Notes: generated by a model not told the origin, from the sequence alone. DNA of 55,553 nucleotides from Bigelowiella natans CCMP2755 (GCA_000320545.1 ADNK01002810.1:1-55553); one strand, 5' to 3'. Positions 1 through 10,472 are shown, counted from the first letter of the stretch. Made by a program: numbers and translations.

Positions 1-130
1 CTTACACCCCAACTTTGAAATAGCCCCAAAGGGGGGGGGGGACCCCCCAGATCTAGAAATAGCGGCTCCCCCGCGCTACATAAATTCGATTTCGTCTGTC
101 TGAGGTTCTCTCACAGTCCCCCCCCCCCCT

Positions 131-168
<38 letters not shown>

Positions 169-470
169 CAACCCCCTCTCTCGTATTAGCTTGTGATACT
201 GCATCGGGCATGCATGGCACTATTTTATGGGTCACGATGGTGCGCTGACCAGCTCTGACGCCTTCAGCACATCTACGCGCTTCGCCGCCCCTTCGCTTGG
301 TTCTCCTGGTTAAGATATATATCGTACATGCAATTTCATGAAACGGCTTACAACCGAACGTATCGATGTTGTCAGGAAAAATAAATGCCCAAATACAAAC
401 GCACGTAACCTTCCGTCCGGGCGAGAGCCGCGGCCACCAATAAAGCGCCAAGGGCGAGCGACGCTGCCAT
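1..470 (-). CDS. 5' part of a putative secreted or plastid-targeted protein gene; downstream exons unresolved
   Basis: ATG at 470 gives MAASLALGALLVAAALARTE (signal-peptide-like) followed by a GT donor. The next AG-bounded exon (about 250-307) reads GEPSEGAAKRVDVLKASEL. Confidence 0.4.
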
Positions 471-518
471 GTTGGGGGAGGGGGGGGATTAACAGTAACA
501 GAACCTCAGACAGACGAA
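91..518. repeat. 19-bp perfect inverted repeat (91-109 / 500-518) with a gapped extension
   Basis: ttcgtctgtctgaggttct is the reverse complement of agaacctcagacagacgaa. The flanks share atcga(a)tttatg. Confidence 0.8.
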
Positions 519-918
519 GAACAAATCGATTTATGAAATTCAAACTGACCCCGGCTTCGAGTCCCTGGCATCAAACTCGCTTCGAAAGCCAACGAGCTAA
601 GAGCGGGTGGGGGAGGAGAGACGTCCCGATCAGTCGCGGGAGCTTGGTATTATTTTTGTCGTAGGGGAAAAGGAAGAATAGCTTCCTTCTTTCGATAGCG
701 ACAATGGATCTTCCTTGTCGCACAAACATGAGCGCGTTTGTCAGTGCCCTCGAAAAGCGCTTGGGAATATATACTGCGACAAAGAAATATTTTATGTCGC
801 ATAAGAAACGTAAACGTTACGATGAACAGTAGATCTACGTGATCAGTGCAGAGCCAAGGGTTGTTTCTGCAGAGTACGTGGCAGCCGAAGAGAGAGGAAG
901 GGAGGGAGAGAGGGGGCG

Positions 919-1548
919 ATGGAGGTTCTATTCCTCCTTCTCTATCTCGGTACGAATTTACATGCAACGATGACAGAAGAAAAGAGAACTGCCTCTCCCT
1001 CGCTCGTTGTGCGATCGTGTGTGCTGCGTGTGTTTGTGTGCTCATGTGTGTGTGTTTGTGTGTGCCGTATGCGCTTCCTCCTCCGATTAGCCCTAGGTTT
1101 CGGGTCGCAGCTCCCCACTGGACTGGGTACTGATATGCTCGGTGGTGATGAGGCGGCATTAGGAAACAATACTCTTCTGGGGACGATAAACCCAGGGTCC
1201 AAATATTTCTCCTTACGTTTTGATGTCAGAGTTGCCACTTTGGCCAACCCCTACCCATCAGTTTGGTGCAGTGTGCTGCGTATTACTCGAGCTGGTGGGT
1301 CCGATTTCAGTGTTGTCGGCGATCGCATCCCTGCAGTATTCCTGAGGCGTGACGACACCAACTCGCAGTACGTGATGCACACCTGCATGGACTCCGAAGG
1401 CGTCGCAAACAACTATCTGCCGGATTTTCCCATCACGGTCAATCAGTGGCAATCTTTCGAGGTCAATGTGACGTCGTGGGGCAGTTATCCCTTCACGCTT
1501 GCCGTTGACGGTTCCCTCCAACGCCAGATTTCGAATCGGGCAGGATAG
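919..1548 (+). CDS. Secreted concanavalin A/LamG-like beta-sandwich domain protein, possibly C-terminally truncated
   Basis: Removing a phase-1 GT-AG intron at 950-1090 gives the signal peptide MEVLFLLLYLALGFG. The body has FSLRFDV..WCSVLRIT..GDRIPAVF..INQW-like..LAVDG segments typical of this ConA-like family. Confidence 0.6.
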   Translation: MEVLFLLLYLGTNLHATMTEEKRTASPSLVVRSCVLRVFVCSCVCVCVCRMRFLLRLALGFGSQLPTGLGTDMLGGDEAALGNNTLLGTINPGSKYFSLRFDVRVATLANPYPSVWCSVLRITRAGGSDFSVVGDRIPAVFLRRDDTNSQYVMHTCMDSEGVANNYLPDFPITVNQWQSFEVNVTSWGSYPFTLAVDGSLQRQISNRAG

Positions 1549-3033
1549 GATTCGACTTTTGTGACACAATTATTACCGAGATTAGATCGGGCTCGCAAGC
1601 GGACAAGTTCGGTGTGCCTATAGGCTGAAAATAGTCAGCATAAACAACGAAATGGTCTATGACGACAAAGACATTAGCACAAAGCTGCACTTTGTACAGG
1701 CTGTGGAGCCGCGCGTCATCATTACCTTCGTATCGCCATCAACGAAAGTGCCGCTACAGCCTGAGGAAGTTGATATTTATAACAAACAACAAAAACAAAG
1801 TAAAATGGCGCCTCAACGATACTCCTCTCGACTCTCTATTGGTTCCATCGAATCTACGAAACATGTTTCACGTCAAAAGGCGATTAGGCCACGGAATGCG
1901 GATAGGCAAGGAGCCAATGTACAGCTAGCCGACATGCCTTTGTCCCTATTGACGAAGGAGTTTCAACTGACGCGAAATCGAGGTGTTAACAGAAGAGATA
2001 CTATTAAAGGCATAGAGAGGAATGATAGCAAGACACTCACGCCTACAAAGAAAACGGAAACAGTTGAAGGGTTCATTTATTTCTCGAATAAAAGTCATAG
2101 AACGGATCCCCAAATTGCAATTGGACCCCGGAGCGACGGGAAGCAGAGCTCTCGTCTAAAACCTTTAATAATAGCAAGGTCAAAACTATTGATCACGTGA
2201 TTGGTTCGAGATTCATATGAAAGTAAGTGCGTCGTAGTTTAAGATTGAACACCGAATGCATTGATTCCCGTGCGATAACGTGCAATTCAATGCGGCAAAA
2301 TTCTTTGTCAACAATTAGCAGATGTGTTCGTTTCACCACAAATGGAAACCTCCTCAATGACCAAGGAAAATACTAGCCAGGCACATCTAGGTGTTTTGGT
2401 GTTGTGCGCACTGGCCATCTTGTGATATGCGATACACAGCTTGAGAAATAAAACGATCAGTTTCGGAAACTGACACAACTACTTTCATGATGCTGTGCAA
2501 TATATGTTTGCGGCATGCACTTGCACGCATTTGCATTTTTAAAATCAATGGTTTCTGGTTTTTGCCTCCTTTTGATCACGGCTGTGTCCTTTAGTGCTTG
2601 CGTTGGGCGTTAATCCTAGAATCGTTCAGGTCACCAGCAGTCATTTGCGCGTCAATCGTTTGCTGTAATATGTGCAAAAAGCCCATCAGAAGCGTGTGAA
2701 TAGGCTAGGTAGCTGTTTCATCAAAAACTGACACTATATCAATTATACGCGTGATCAATGTTGGAGCAAATGCATGGGTCCATCTAAAGGCATCGCATGC
2801 GACGTGCACTGACCTGTGAATCTTTTTTTTTGCAGTGACTAGTTGGCCTTCTGCATGTACGACCATTGCATGATTACATGCTCTTTCGGCATGATAAGCA
2901 TGAGCAAATCATTTTTCGTGTTTATATTTTGCATCAATGCTTGCATTACCACGGTGCATACATGTACATTTGATTAATTTGCACAGAGAAAAAATCACTT
3001 TGTTGTTGGTTCAGTGTAATCTAGTAATGTATG

Positions 3034-4504
3034 TCAACGTCTCCAAGGAGTTGAGTGCGAAGATTGAAGTCTAATGCCCATTCTACTTCTTGGAGTCCCA
3101 TGGAGGCCATGTCGTCGTGATGACGAATGGATAAGTTGATTCAGACTCCCTGGTGAAGGGTTCTGATTTGCATTCAAACTGTTTGAGAAGCTGCCTCTGT
3201 GAGAGGTAGCAACAATTCCTTGATGCGAATGTGGACTTTTTCTCTTGTTTTTTATATTTGCATAAGGATTTAGTACTGTGGTGTCCGAAATGTTGCGAAC
3301 TATTGGACTGTTGGTAGAATTAAAGTTCCCCACACTACGTGGGCTTGAAGCTGTAATAGCGGATATTGGACTGTGAGAATTCTTCAATGCAGCAAATCCT
3401 GGTAGTTCAAAGTTTAAACATTGCTCAATATGCCATCGTGGAAAAACTATGATATAAATAAAACTGTTTGGCAAATCTTTTACTTACTGGATGGACTATT
3501 TCGAAATTTATCAAGACTTGATTGGCCCAATGTGGCGGAAGAATGAACGATCACCCGCCTCGAGACAACGTCAGATTTTGACGAATATGGCGTTCCCGGT
3601 TTATTCGGCGTTATCCCACCCAAACGTTGCTGCTGTATGGATCTTCCTCGAATCGTATTGTACAATTCAGCGTACTTATCTCTTTGTCTAATGGACGTTT
3701 GTTTATCATTTCAAATTTACATGAAATTCTCAAGCTAAGTAGTGATTACCTAGATTTTTCCTTCAATTGCTCATGCAAAACTCGATTCTCCTCTGTTTTA
3801 CGCCGGATTTCCTCTGCCAAGACTCGAGCTTTTTGACGTTGAGCATTTATAATACTCTGGGCTTTGAGAAGCTTCTGGTTTGCTGCAGCCACAAATTCGC
3901 GGTTTCTTTTATCTTTATGGACAACCTGCTTTTGCCGATATTTGATTTCTTCGTTTTTCTAATTTTTTAAGAAGGTAAATAAAAACTCAATCAGCTGTAT
4001 GAAGTAAATATTATCTCAGTCAACTTATATGTTACCTGATTCTCCCAAAAAGATAATCCACTAGCGCACACTTCTAAAACTATGATTTTGGATATTAGAC
4101 ATCAAATACACATATTGCAAGCAATGTTACTTTGGCTGGGACTCAGTCCCCAAGTTTCAGATGCAAGCTTTGAAATTTCGGTACTATTCATCCGAAAGTT
4201 TCTAAGATCTCTCTCACTAAAGAATTATAAACAAATGTAGAGACCATTCCGTTTAAGGAACAAATGCATTTCTTACCTTTTGAGATGTGACGCACATACT
4301 GGGCACTTTGAATGCTTTGTGAACCACTCCTTACTACATTTGTAGCAGAACATGTGAGAGCATCGAGTGATATAGCAAGACTTTCCCACGTTTGCATAGC
4401 ACCTGAATCAAGAAGCAACTCCATAAATTGTCATAGTTTGTACTCATAACGAACTTTCCTTTGCCATTCATAGTCCTTTCCTACCTGTTGCAGCGAAACG
4501 CCAT
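3034..4504 (-). CDS. HEI10: HEI10/CCNB1IP1 RING E3 ligase (meiotic crossover factor), multi-exon with short AT-rich introns
   Basis: Spliced product MAFRCNRCYANVGKSCYITRCSHMFCYKCSKEWFTKHSKCPVCASHL (C3HC4 RING), then GLSPSQILEVCASGLSFWENQ (HEI10 signature), a coiled coil and an S/P-rich tail. Confidence 0.85.
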
Positions 4505-5122
4505 CGATTTACAAAGGTTCCTGTCGCTAGAAAAGCCTCTGTCTTTAAAAAGAGGTCTCTACACAGATTACAAACACCATTATGTCACAGAGAGGATCAT
4601 TACTAAGTCCCATGCCTTTGAGTTTTGACTTCTTGAAGTTCAGTTTCCATTTCGCACTGGTTCCTTCTTTAGCTTGTTTCCACAGCATTCCAAGTGAAAA
4701 TGCCCTACGATTTCAACCTACGACATGAATTTCTGGCCGACACCACCAATTAACCATCAATTTATCTGAATTGCCAACTTGCTAGGTGTGATGACATGAA
4801 AATGAGGACATTTCAAAAATATTGTCGCAGCATGGATTTGCATCCCATTTCCATGTCAAAACGGGGAAATCGGTTTGAAAGTTGCACAAGTTGCCGTTTC
4901 ACTTTCTTCTCAGATGATCTCAACATTCATCACTACTTGGATGAGGGCTGTCTGTGGCGCGGGCAACCTCGGTTCCCTCATGTTGTTGTTTCATGGACAA
5001 TCCGAAGAAAGGATGCAACACGCAACGCGCATGCCAGCATGTGGCAAATCAAAGGGCATGCTAGCATGGGCCATCTGCTGCTTTCAATTGCATGAGACGT
5101 GCTAGCGTGTGACAATTGAAAT

Positions 5123-5448
5123 TGTTGCGCGTAAGGTGTTCACAGGCCGAGGCGCTACGTGCACAAGTAGGCAGGGGGGGGGAAAGGCACGTTTGCTTCC
5201 TTTTGAAGAGTTGTGTTTATTTTTATTAAAGATTATATTTTTATTAAATCGTGCACTGCGTAATCATTCGCGAAGCTTTCGCGAATGCCGCCGCACGTGG
5301 GGCAGCACACTTCCGGTGTGCTGCCATGAGTCCCGCCGGAACCCACGTGCCTATGCTGTATTAATATCTACGTTATCTATATTCTATATCCGCGACAACC
5401 CCTTTGTTGTCGCACGTGACTTGTGCCCGCGTAGTGGTACGCGCTACA
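5123..5448 (-). repeat. 3' LTR
   Basis: Direct repeat of 10512-10837. Imperfect 11-bp terminal inverted repeats (TGTAGCGCGTA / TACGCGCAACA on the element strand) and AATAAA-rich tracts. Confidence 0.97.
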
Positions 5449-5457
5449 CCTCCCCCA
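5449..5457 (-). other. Polypurine tract
   Basis: Element-strand TGGGGGAGG abuts the 3' LTR. Confidence 0.8.
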
Positions 5458-5499
5458 AGTCACGTTGCTCCTTCCTTCCTTCCTTATTCCCTTAGACCT

Positions 5500-8400
5500 T
5501 CATCGCTTTCGGAACTTCACCAACCACCAGGTAATAGATTCCTCTCTAACCTTATCTCCTTTGTCGCTTACCCAGAACTCACCTTCGTCCTTAGGTTCGT
5601 GTCCATACCAGCCCTCTGCATCAAGGTCCCCCAGGACCTTATACCAGTGCTCAAAGGGTAAGTCGGGAACAGCTAGGTAGAGTAGCTGATATTTTCCGTC
5701 CTTTATTTTCATAGCTACCCTCTCCATATTTCGTAATCCAGGGTAGCCTAGATAGACAATCTTCATGCGCCAATCGTCGTTCACCCTGACCTTATTGTTT
5801 CCATATTCCACATCGAACTTAGGTCGGGGTCCTAAACAAGGCATTGCTCGCTCCCACACAGTAGGGTTTACTTTAACATCCTCTAGGAGCTTCTCACCGA
5901 TATCATAATTCTTTAGGTGACTGATGTGGCGCAAGGTGACCCTGTTCCCATCATAGATGTAGTACTGCTTCCTCCCCTTCCTCTCGGTAACCTTTGCAAC
6001 GCCACCCCAGAAGGGGTCTTGTTTATTTCTCGATCTCAGATTTACCTTGGCCCTAACATACTGTCCTTCCTTTAGAACTCGGCCATCGTACGGGACCTTC
6101 TCGTCTTCGCTCTCGGTATCGTCGTCGTTGTCGTCGCCTTCTTCCCTCTCCTTATCCTTGATACCTCCCCCAGACGTGAAGGTGTCGTTTACTAACCCTT
6201 GTATCTTGTCTGGTGTGGTGCTATTTATCCTGCTTAGGTTGGCCAAGGTGCGGTGGAGTCGCTCTACCTTGGAGTTGGACTGGGCATAGTATACAGGTGA
6301 GGCATCAATATTAGGGTGTGGTAGCTGTAGAAGAGAGGTCTCATTATCCACATGTAACTTCTTTGGTATCTTGTTTATGCTAACTTCATCAGGGATAGCC
6401 TGGAGCTCAGACTCCCAGGTACGGTAGCAGTTAGTAAGCCTCTGCTTATATAAGCCTTTGTTCTTCTTAGCAACGTTGACCTTGATAATCTTTTTAACCC
6501 AGCACTTTCCAGTGGCCACATCAACGAAGGTAAGGTAGTGATAGCCATCGTACTTATAAACATCAATTTGCACGATATCTAAGAAGTTCCTTGCTTTGAT
6601 TTTCTTAGATGCACGGCTCTTGCTGGACTCCTTGGTGGCGACGCCTGCCGCCTTCAAGCTGGAGCACCTGCAGCCACGCAGGTATGTCCTTATCTCTTTT
6701 AGCTTGTAGGGCCAGTAGTAATGGTAGAGTAGAGCAGTGATATGGTTTTCTCCTACGTGTGCAGGTCCATGGGCGGTAAAGAGAAGGGCTCCCCTGGTCC
6801 GCCGTGGCACGTAGGTACGCCTAACATTATTAGTGTATACATATATCCTATCACTAAGTACCTCATGCTTGTGTTTGTATTTATCCAGGTGTTCTTGAAG
6901 GTGCTGGAGCTCCTCTGGATCAGGCAGGAAGTCGCCGTCCTCGAAGGTAATCGCGTTAACCATAGGGGTGACCTGGGTAGGGACTTTCTTTTCGAACAGC
7001 CTGCTGAAATAGTCAGCAAGCTGCTTGTCTCCTGGTGCGTAGACCACTGTCCTCTTGTCCCTAAACTCTTCCGTGTCCGCCCTCATAGCTGCATACTCAT
7101 CGTTAGGCGCTTCGAGCTTGCGGTCGATGCCTAGGAGGGGCTTGTGGTCAGTCATTAAGGTGAAGCTGGGCACCGACAGCAGGTAGTATCTTAGTTTCCT
7201 CTGCGCCTCAGTCATGGCTTTATACTCTCCTTTTGTAGGGCTGTACTTGGCCTCAGCTGCTGTGCAGGCCCTGCCCCACACCCGTATGATCTGCTGGTCT
7301 TGGGTAAGTACAGCAGCCATACCTAGCTTAGACCAGTCTGTCCATAGGGTAGCTGGTCTAGTAGTGTCTAGCTTAGCATTCAATAGGGTGTTGCTGCATA
7401 ACTTTATTAGGTTATCGAAGTGGGCATCAAGGCCAGCCTTGGCCCACACCTTAGCGAAGCTGAGGCCTACAGAGTTCTCCTTCCGGTAAGCAGTAGTAAA
7501 AGCAGCTGCAGTCCTAGCGTAGGTAGGGGAGAACCTACGTAGTATCCAAGCTGCAGTCTGCAAGAATGACTTTAACTCCTTTGCATTCTTAGGTTTAGGG
7601 GCTTGCTGTAGTGCTGCTACTTTCTCGGGGTTTGGGGTGATGCGGCCTTGCTCCAGGTAATATCCACACCACTTGATTCTTGTAGCTAGGAATGTACACT
7701 TCTGCAGTCTAATAGTAAAACCGAAGTGTGCAAACCTAATAAATATATTTTCCAGGAGGAAGATCTGAGCGACGACTGTGTTGGTACATATTATGTCATC
7801 ATCCACATACACAAACACAAACACCCACAACACAGACGCCATCCCATCATGTGTGTATGCCCTGTAGTTCTGACTACTGAACGCATCCCCTGATATGCTT
7901 AGGCCGTAAGGGAATACGACGAAGTGCCACTTCCTGTGCCTGCTGGAGAACGCGGTAATGGGGCGGGAGGTTTTGTGGATGGGTGTCTGCATGTATGATT
8001 CATTTTTATCTAGGGAAGAGTAGTATTTGTATCCTATGACGTGTTCAATAACGTCATCTATCCTTGGTGTAGGTGTCTGGATCCTCTTTATTACTCGGTT
8101 GTGGCGGATGAAGTTGTGCGCCAGGCGGAAGAAAGGGTAAGTAGGTTTCTTAGCTAGCACATGTCTCACGTTCCATGGTGAGTTGCTTGGCTCTATCTTC
8201 CCTTCCTTTGCCCATTCATTGATCTGCCACTCTATCTTTTCCCAGTCCGCTTCCGGTCGCCTATGTTCTGGGTCATTGATGATGCACTCTTCGTATCCCT
8301 TCTTTAGCTCGATCTTTACTGGGGTAAGCTTGCTGGAGGGCTTCGTCGTCGGCTTGGTGATGTCAGAGTACTTCTCGTTTAATATTTTATTAATGTACTT

Positions 8401-9174
8401 TTTGCCTTTGTCGATATCCCAATCATCAGCTGGGGGGGTCTTGTCCAGTAGCTCCGTTATCTGTCGGATGGTCTTGCCGGGGTTCTTCTTCCGTAGCTCG
8501 GTAGGTGTAGGTAGCTTGTTGTCCGCTAGGTCCATAAACTCTAACGCATTAACGCTTGACTCAGAGGTCCACTCGTCAAGCCGTATCATGTTCTGGCTGA
8601 TGGTCCTGCCTGACTTCTTTGGCAACTTAGCAAAGTATATCTTGTGATTGTAGAATGATATGATCCCCCCTAATTTTTCTAGGGCATCCTGTCCGAGGAG
8701 TAGTTCCATGGATAAAGTCATGGCTACTCGGGTCTTGATTTGGGTCTCCGCGTCGCTGCCAGGTATCTGTAGCTTTAGCATTAGCTCACCGACGGTCTTC
8801 ATGGAAGAGCTTCCGTCTGCTTGAGCATATTTACGTTCTTTCTTAGTCACTTGATCCAATAGTCCTAACCTTCTTACTGTGCTTAGGCTTATGAAGGACT
8901 TCGGCATGCTGCCACTATCCCAAAGGGCAGGTAGTTTCTTGTAGTCTCCGTAGCTGTCTTTAACTTTAACCTTGGTCATAGCAACTTTGATAGTCCTGTT
9001 AGCGTCTTCGTCATTAATGTTGCATACTCCTAAGTTCTTTATGTCGTCTAGGGTCATGGGCTTGTCTTGGTCCTGCGTTGCTGGTACTGCTGTCTTCGTC
9101 GGCGCCTGCTTAAGGTGATCTAATATTCCGTTTATCTGCTGCTGTATAGCATTGATCTGTTCTGCTTTTTGTTC
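5500..9174 (-). CDS. pol: Pol polyprotein (protease, RT, RNase H, integrase, C-terminal MTase-like domain); frame open from 9174, first ATG at 9057
   Basis: ALWDSGS (aspartic protease); FPYGL and YVDD (RT); WTDWS, TDHKPL and ADYFSR (RNase H); HGPAH..CRC and QIDV..VDNE..VERLHRT (integrase). Confidence 0.95.
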   Translation of the reverse strand, partial: EQKAEQINAIQQQINGILDHLKQAPTKTAVPATQDQDKPMTLDDIKNLGVCNINDEDANRTIKVAMTKVKVKDSYGDYKKLPALWDSGSMPKSFISLSTVRRLGLLDQVTKKERKYAQADGSSSMKTVGELMLKLQIPGSDAETQIKTRVAMTLSMELLLGQDALEKLGGIISFYNHKIYFAKLPKKSGRTISQNMIRLDEWTSESSVNALEFMDLADNKLPTPTELRKKNPGKTIRQITELLDKTPPADDWDIDKGKKYINKILNEKYSDITKPTTKPSSKLTPVKIELKKGYEECIINDPEHRRPEADWEKIEWQINEWAKEGKIEPSNSPWNVRHVLAKKPTYPFFRLAHNFIRHNRVIKRIQTPTPRIDDVIEHVIGYKYYSSLDKNESYMQTPIHKTSRPITAFSSRHRKWHFVVFPYGLSISGDAFSSQNYRAYTHDGMASVLWVFVFVYVDDDIICTNTVVAQIFLLENIFIRFAHFGFTIRLQKCTFLATRIKWCGYYLEQGRITPNPEKVAALQQAPKPKNAKELKSFLQTAAWILRRFSPTYARTAAAFTTAYRKENSVGLSFAKVWAKAGLDAHFDNLIKLCSNTLLNAKLDTTRPATLWTDWSKLGMAAVLTQDQQIIRVWGRACTAAEAKYSPTKGEYKAMTEAQRKLRYYLLSVPSFTLMTDHKPLLGIDRKLEAPNDEYAAMRADTEEFRDKRTVVYAPGDKQLADYFSRLFEKKVPTQVTPMVNAITFEDGDFLPDPEELQHLQEHLDKYKHKHEVLSDRIYVYTNNVRRTYVPRRTRGALLFTAHGPAHVGENHITALLYHYYWPYKLKEIRTYLRGCRCSSLKAAGVATKESSKSRASKKIKARNFLDIVQIDVYKYDGYHYLTFVDVATGKCWVKKIIKVNVAKKNKGLYKQRLTNCYRTWESELQAIPDEVSINKIPKKLHVDNETSLLQLPHPNIDASPVYYAQSNSKVERLHRTLANLSRINSTTPDKIQGLVNDTFTSGGGIKDKEREEGDDNDDDTESEDEKVPYDGRVLKEGQYVRAKVNLRSRNKQDPFWGGVAKVTERKGRKQYYIYDGNRVTLRHISHLKNYDIGEKLLEDVKVNPTVWERAMPCLGPRPKFDVEYGNNKVRVNDDWRMKIVYLGYPGLRNMERVAMKIKDGKYQLLYLAVPDLPFEHWYKVLGDLDAEGWYGHEPKDEGEFWVSDKGDKVREESITWWLVKFRKR

Positions 9175-10472
9175 TTATATTTATTGTTCTTCCCGTTGTT
9201 GCTGCCTTGCCATTTGCTGTTGTTATATCCTTGTCCTCTGCCTTTCTTTCTCTTTAACTTCTCGTAGTGTTCGTTGAGCTGCCTGATCGTCATCCTGGGT
9301 CGTCCTTCTTTCCTGTCTCTGCAGTCTTTAGCGGTGTGTTTCCCTTTACGTGAGCAGTATCCGCAACGTCGGTTACCTTCCCTGTCCTTGTACCAGTCTC
9401 GCTGCGGCTTAATAGCGTTAATGTTTCCTATGCCAGGTACCTTAGGGCTGGTAAACTTGCGGTCCTGCTCCTGCTCGCGTAGGGATATAGCCTGCACTGC
9501 TGCCTCCATCGTGGTGTAGCCTTTCTCCGTAACGTAAGTGGATTCCTTTATCTTTAACTTGAACTCTTCAAACCTTGCCTGATCATCACCTGTGTTGTAA
9601 TTAAAATCATGTAGTTCGTCGATCATATCCTGGAAGCGCGTGGCAAAGTCTCTAACAGGTTCTCTCTCATGCTGCATCATTGCTCTGTATTTTCTAATAG
9701 CCTGGGGTAGGGAGTTAGCATCCTGTTCATTTACAAAAGCCTTCATTATCGCCTCAACGTCTCGTAGCCCACTAACTGTAGTGTGTATTTTCTCTAGCTG
9801 CCTGATCCGGGTCCTGCCTGTCTCGTAAAGGTCCATGGCTTGCTTTATTATAGCTAGCCATTTGAGCTTGTCGTTTTCGGTGGGGTTAGGGGTAAAGTCG
9901 CAGAGTATACTCCTAGCGTTCTTCCACCACCTCCTTGCCTCACCTCTTTTCCCGTTGTATTTCGTTATCATAACCGGTGCTGTTTTAACAGACATGAACT
10001 GGGTGTTCCGCTGTACCGGCTGCTGCTGCTTGACGGTGCTCTGGGTCGTCCCCCGCGAGGCGCCCAGACCCCCGTCGTTCCTAAACAAAGCTGCCCACTC
10101 TGGAGGTAAGTCTGCTTCGTAATCCATGATGTCCTGCATGATAGCTGCCCAAACATCATGTGTCTGATACTTGTATTCTATCGATACTTTCAGTTTGGCG
10201 TAGTTGCTCGCCCTGGGTCGCAAGGCTCGTAATGCCATTACGACCTTCTTGCTTTCGGCGGCCACGTCCTCGTCGTCCGCCTCGTAGAAGTTCTCCAGTG
10301 CCTCTGCTGCTGCATCTGCTTTCTTAATCCCGGGTGCTGGTCCCGGCGGTGCCTGTGGAGGTGTTCCTCCTCCTTCCTTAGCGTCCGTATCGCCCTTCCT
10401 TTCCTGTTTCTGCTCGTGCCCTTGCACGGCCTGCGAGCCAAAGTCCTGCTGTTCTTCTAGCTGCTGTGACAT
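9132..10472 (-). CDS. gag: Gag with a zinc knuckle
   Basis: 446-aa ORF just after the PBS, with KYNG..RRWW capsid-like and Q..REPVRDF..RF major-homology-like motifs and the knuckle CGYCSRKGKHTAKDC. Confidence 0.9.
   Translation of the reverse strand: MSQQLEEQQDFGSQAVQGHEQKQERKGDTDAKEGGGTPPQAPPGPAPGIKKADAAAEALENFYEADDEDVAAESKKVVMALRALRPRASNYAKLKVSIEYKYQTHDVWAAIMQDIMDYEADLPPEWAALFRNDGGLGASRGTTQSTVKQQQPVQRNTQFMSVKTAPVMITKYNGKRGEARRWWKNARSILCDFTPNPTENDKLKWLAIIKQAMDLYETGRTRIRQLEKIHTTVSGLRDVEAIMKAFVNEQDANSLPQAIRKYRAMMQHEREPVRDFATRFQDMIDELHDFNYNTGDDQARFEEFKLKIKESTYVTEKGYTTMEAAVQAISLREQEQDRKFTSPKVPGIGNINAIKPQRDWYKDREGNRRCGYCSRKGKHTAKDCRDRKEGRPRMTIRQLNEHYEKLKRKKGRGQGYNNSKWQGSNNGKNNKYKNKKQNRSMLYSSR

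Noticed and set aside
72-80. cgcgctaca matches the LTR terminus
   Set aside because: Only 9 bp with no further LTR homology; expected by chance.
2131-2144. 14-mer gagcgacgggaagc shared with 42318-42331
   Set aside because: Several 14-mer matches are expected by chance in 55 kb, and there is no extension.
1652-2200. 182-aa ORF
   Set aside because: No recognisable motifs or splice structure; cannot be supported as a gene.
5109-5495. 128-aa ORF and its twin at 10495-10905
   Set aside because: Antisense reading of the two LTRs, not genes.
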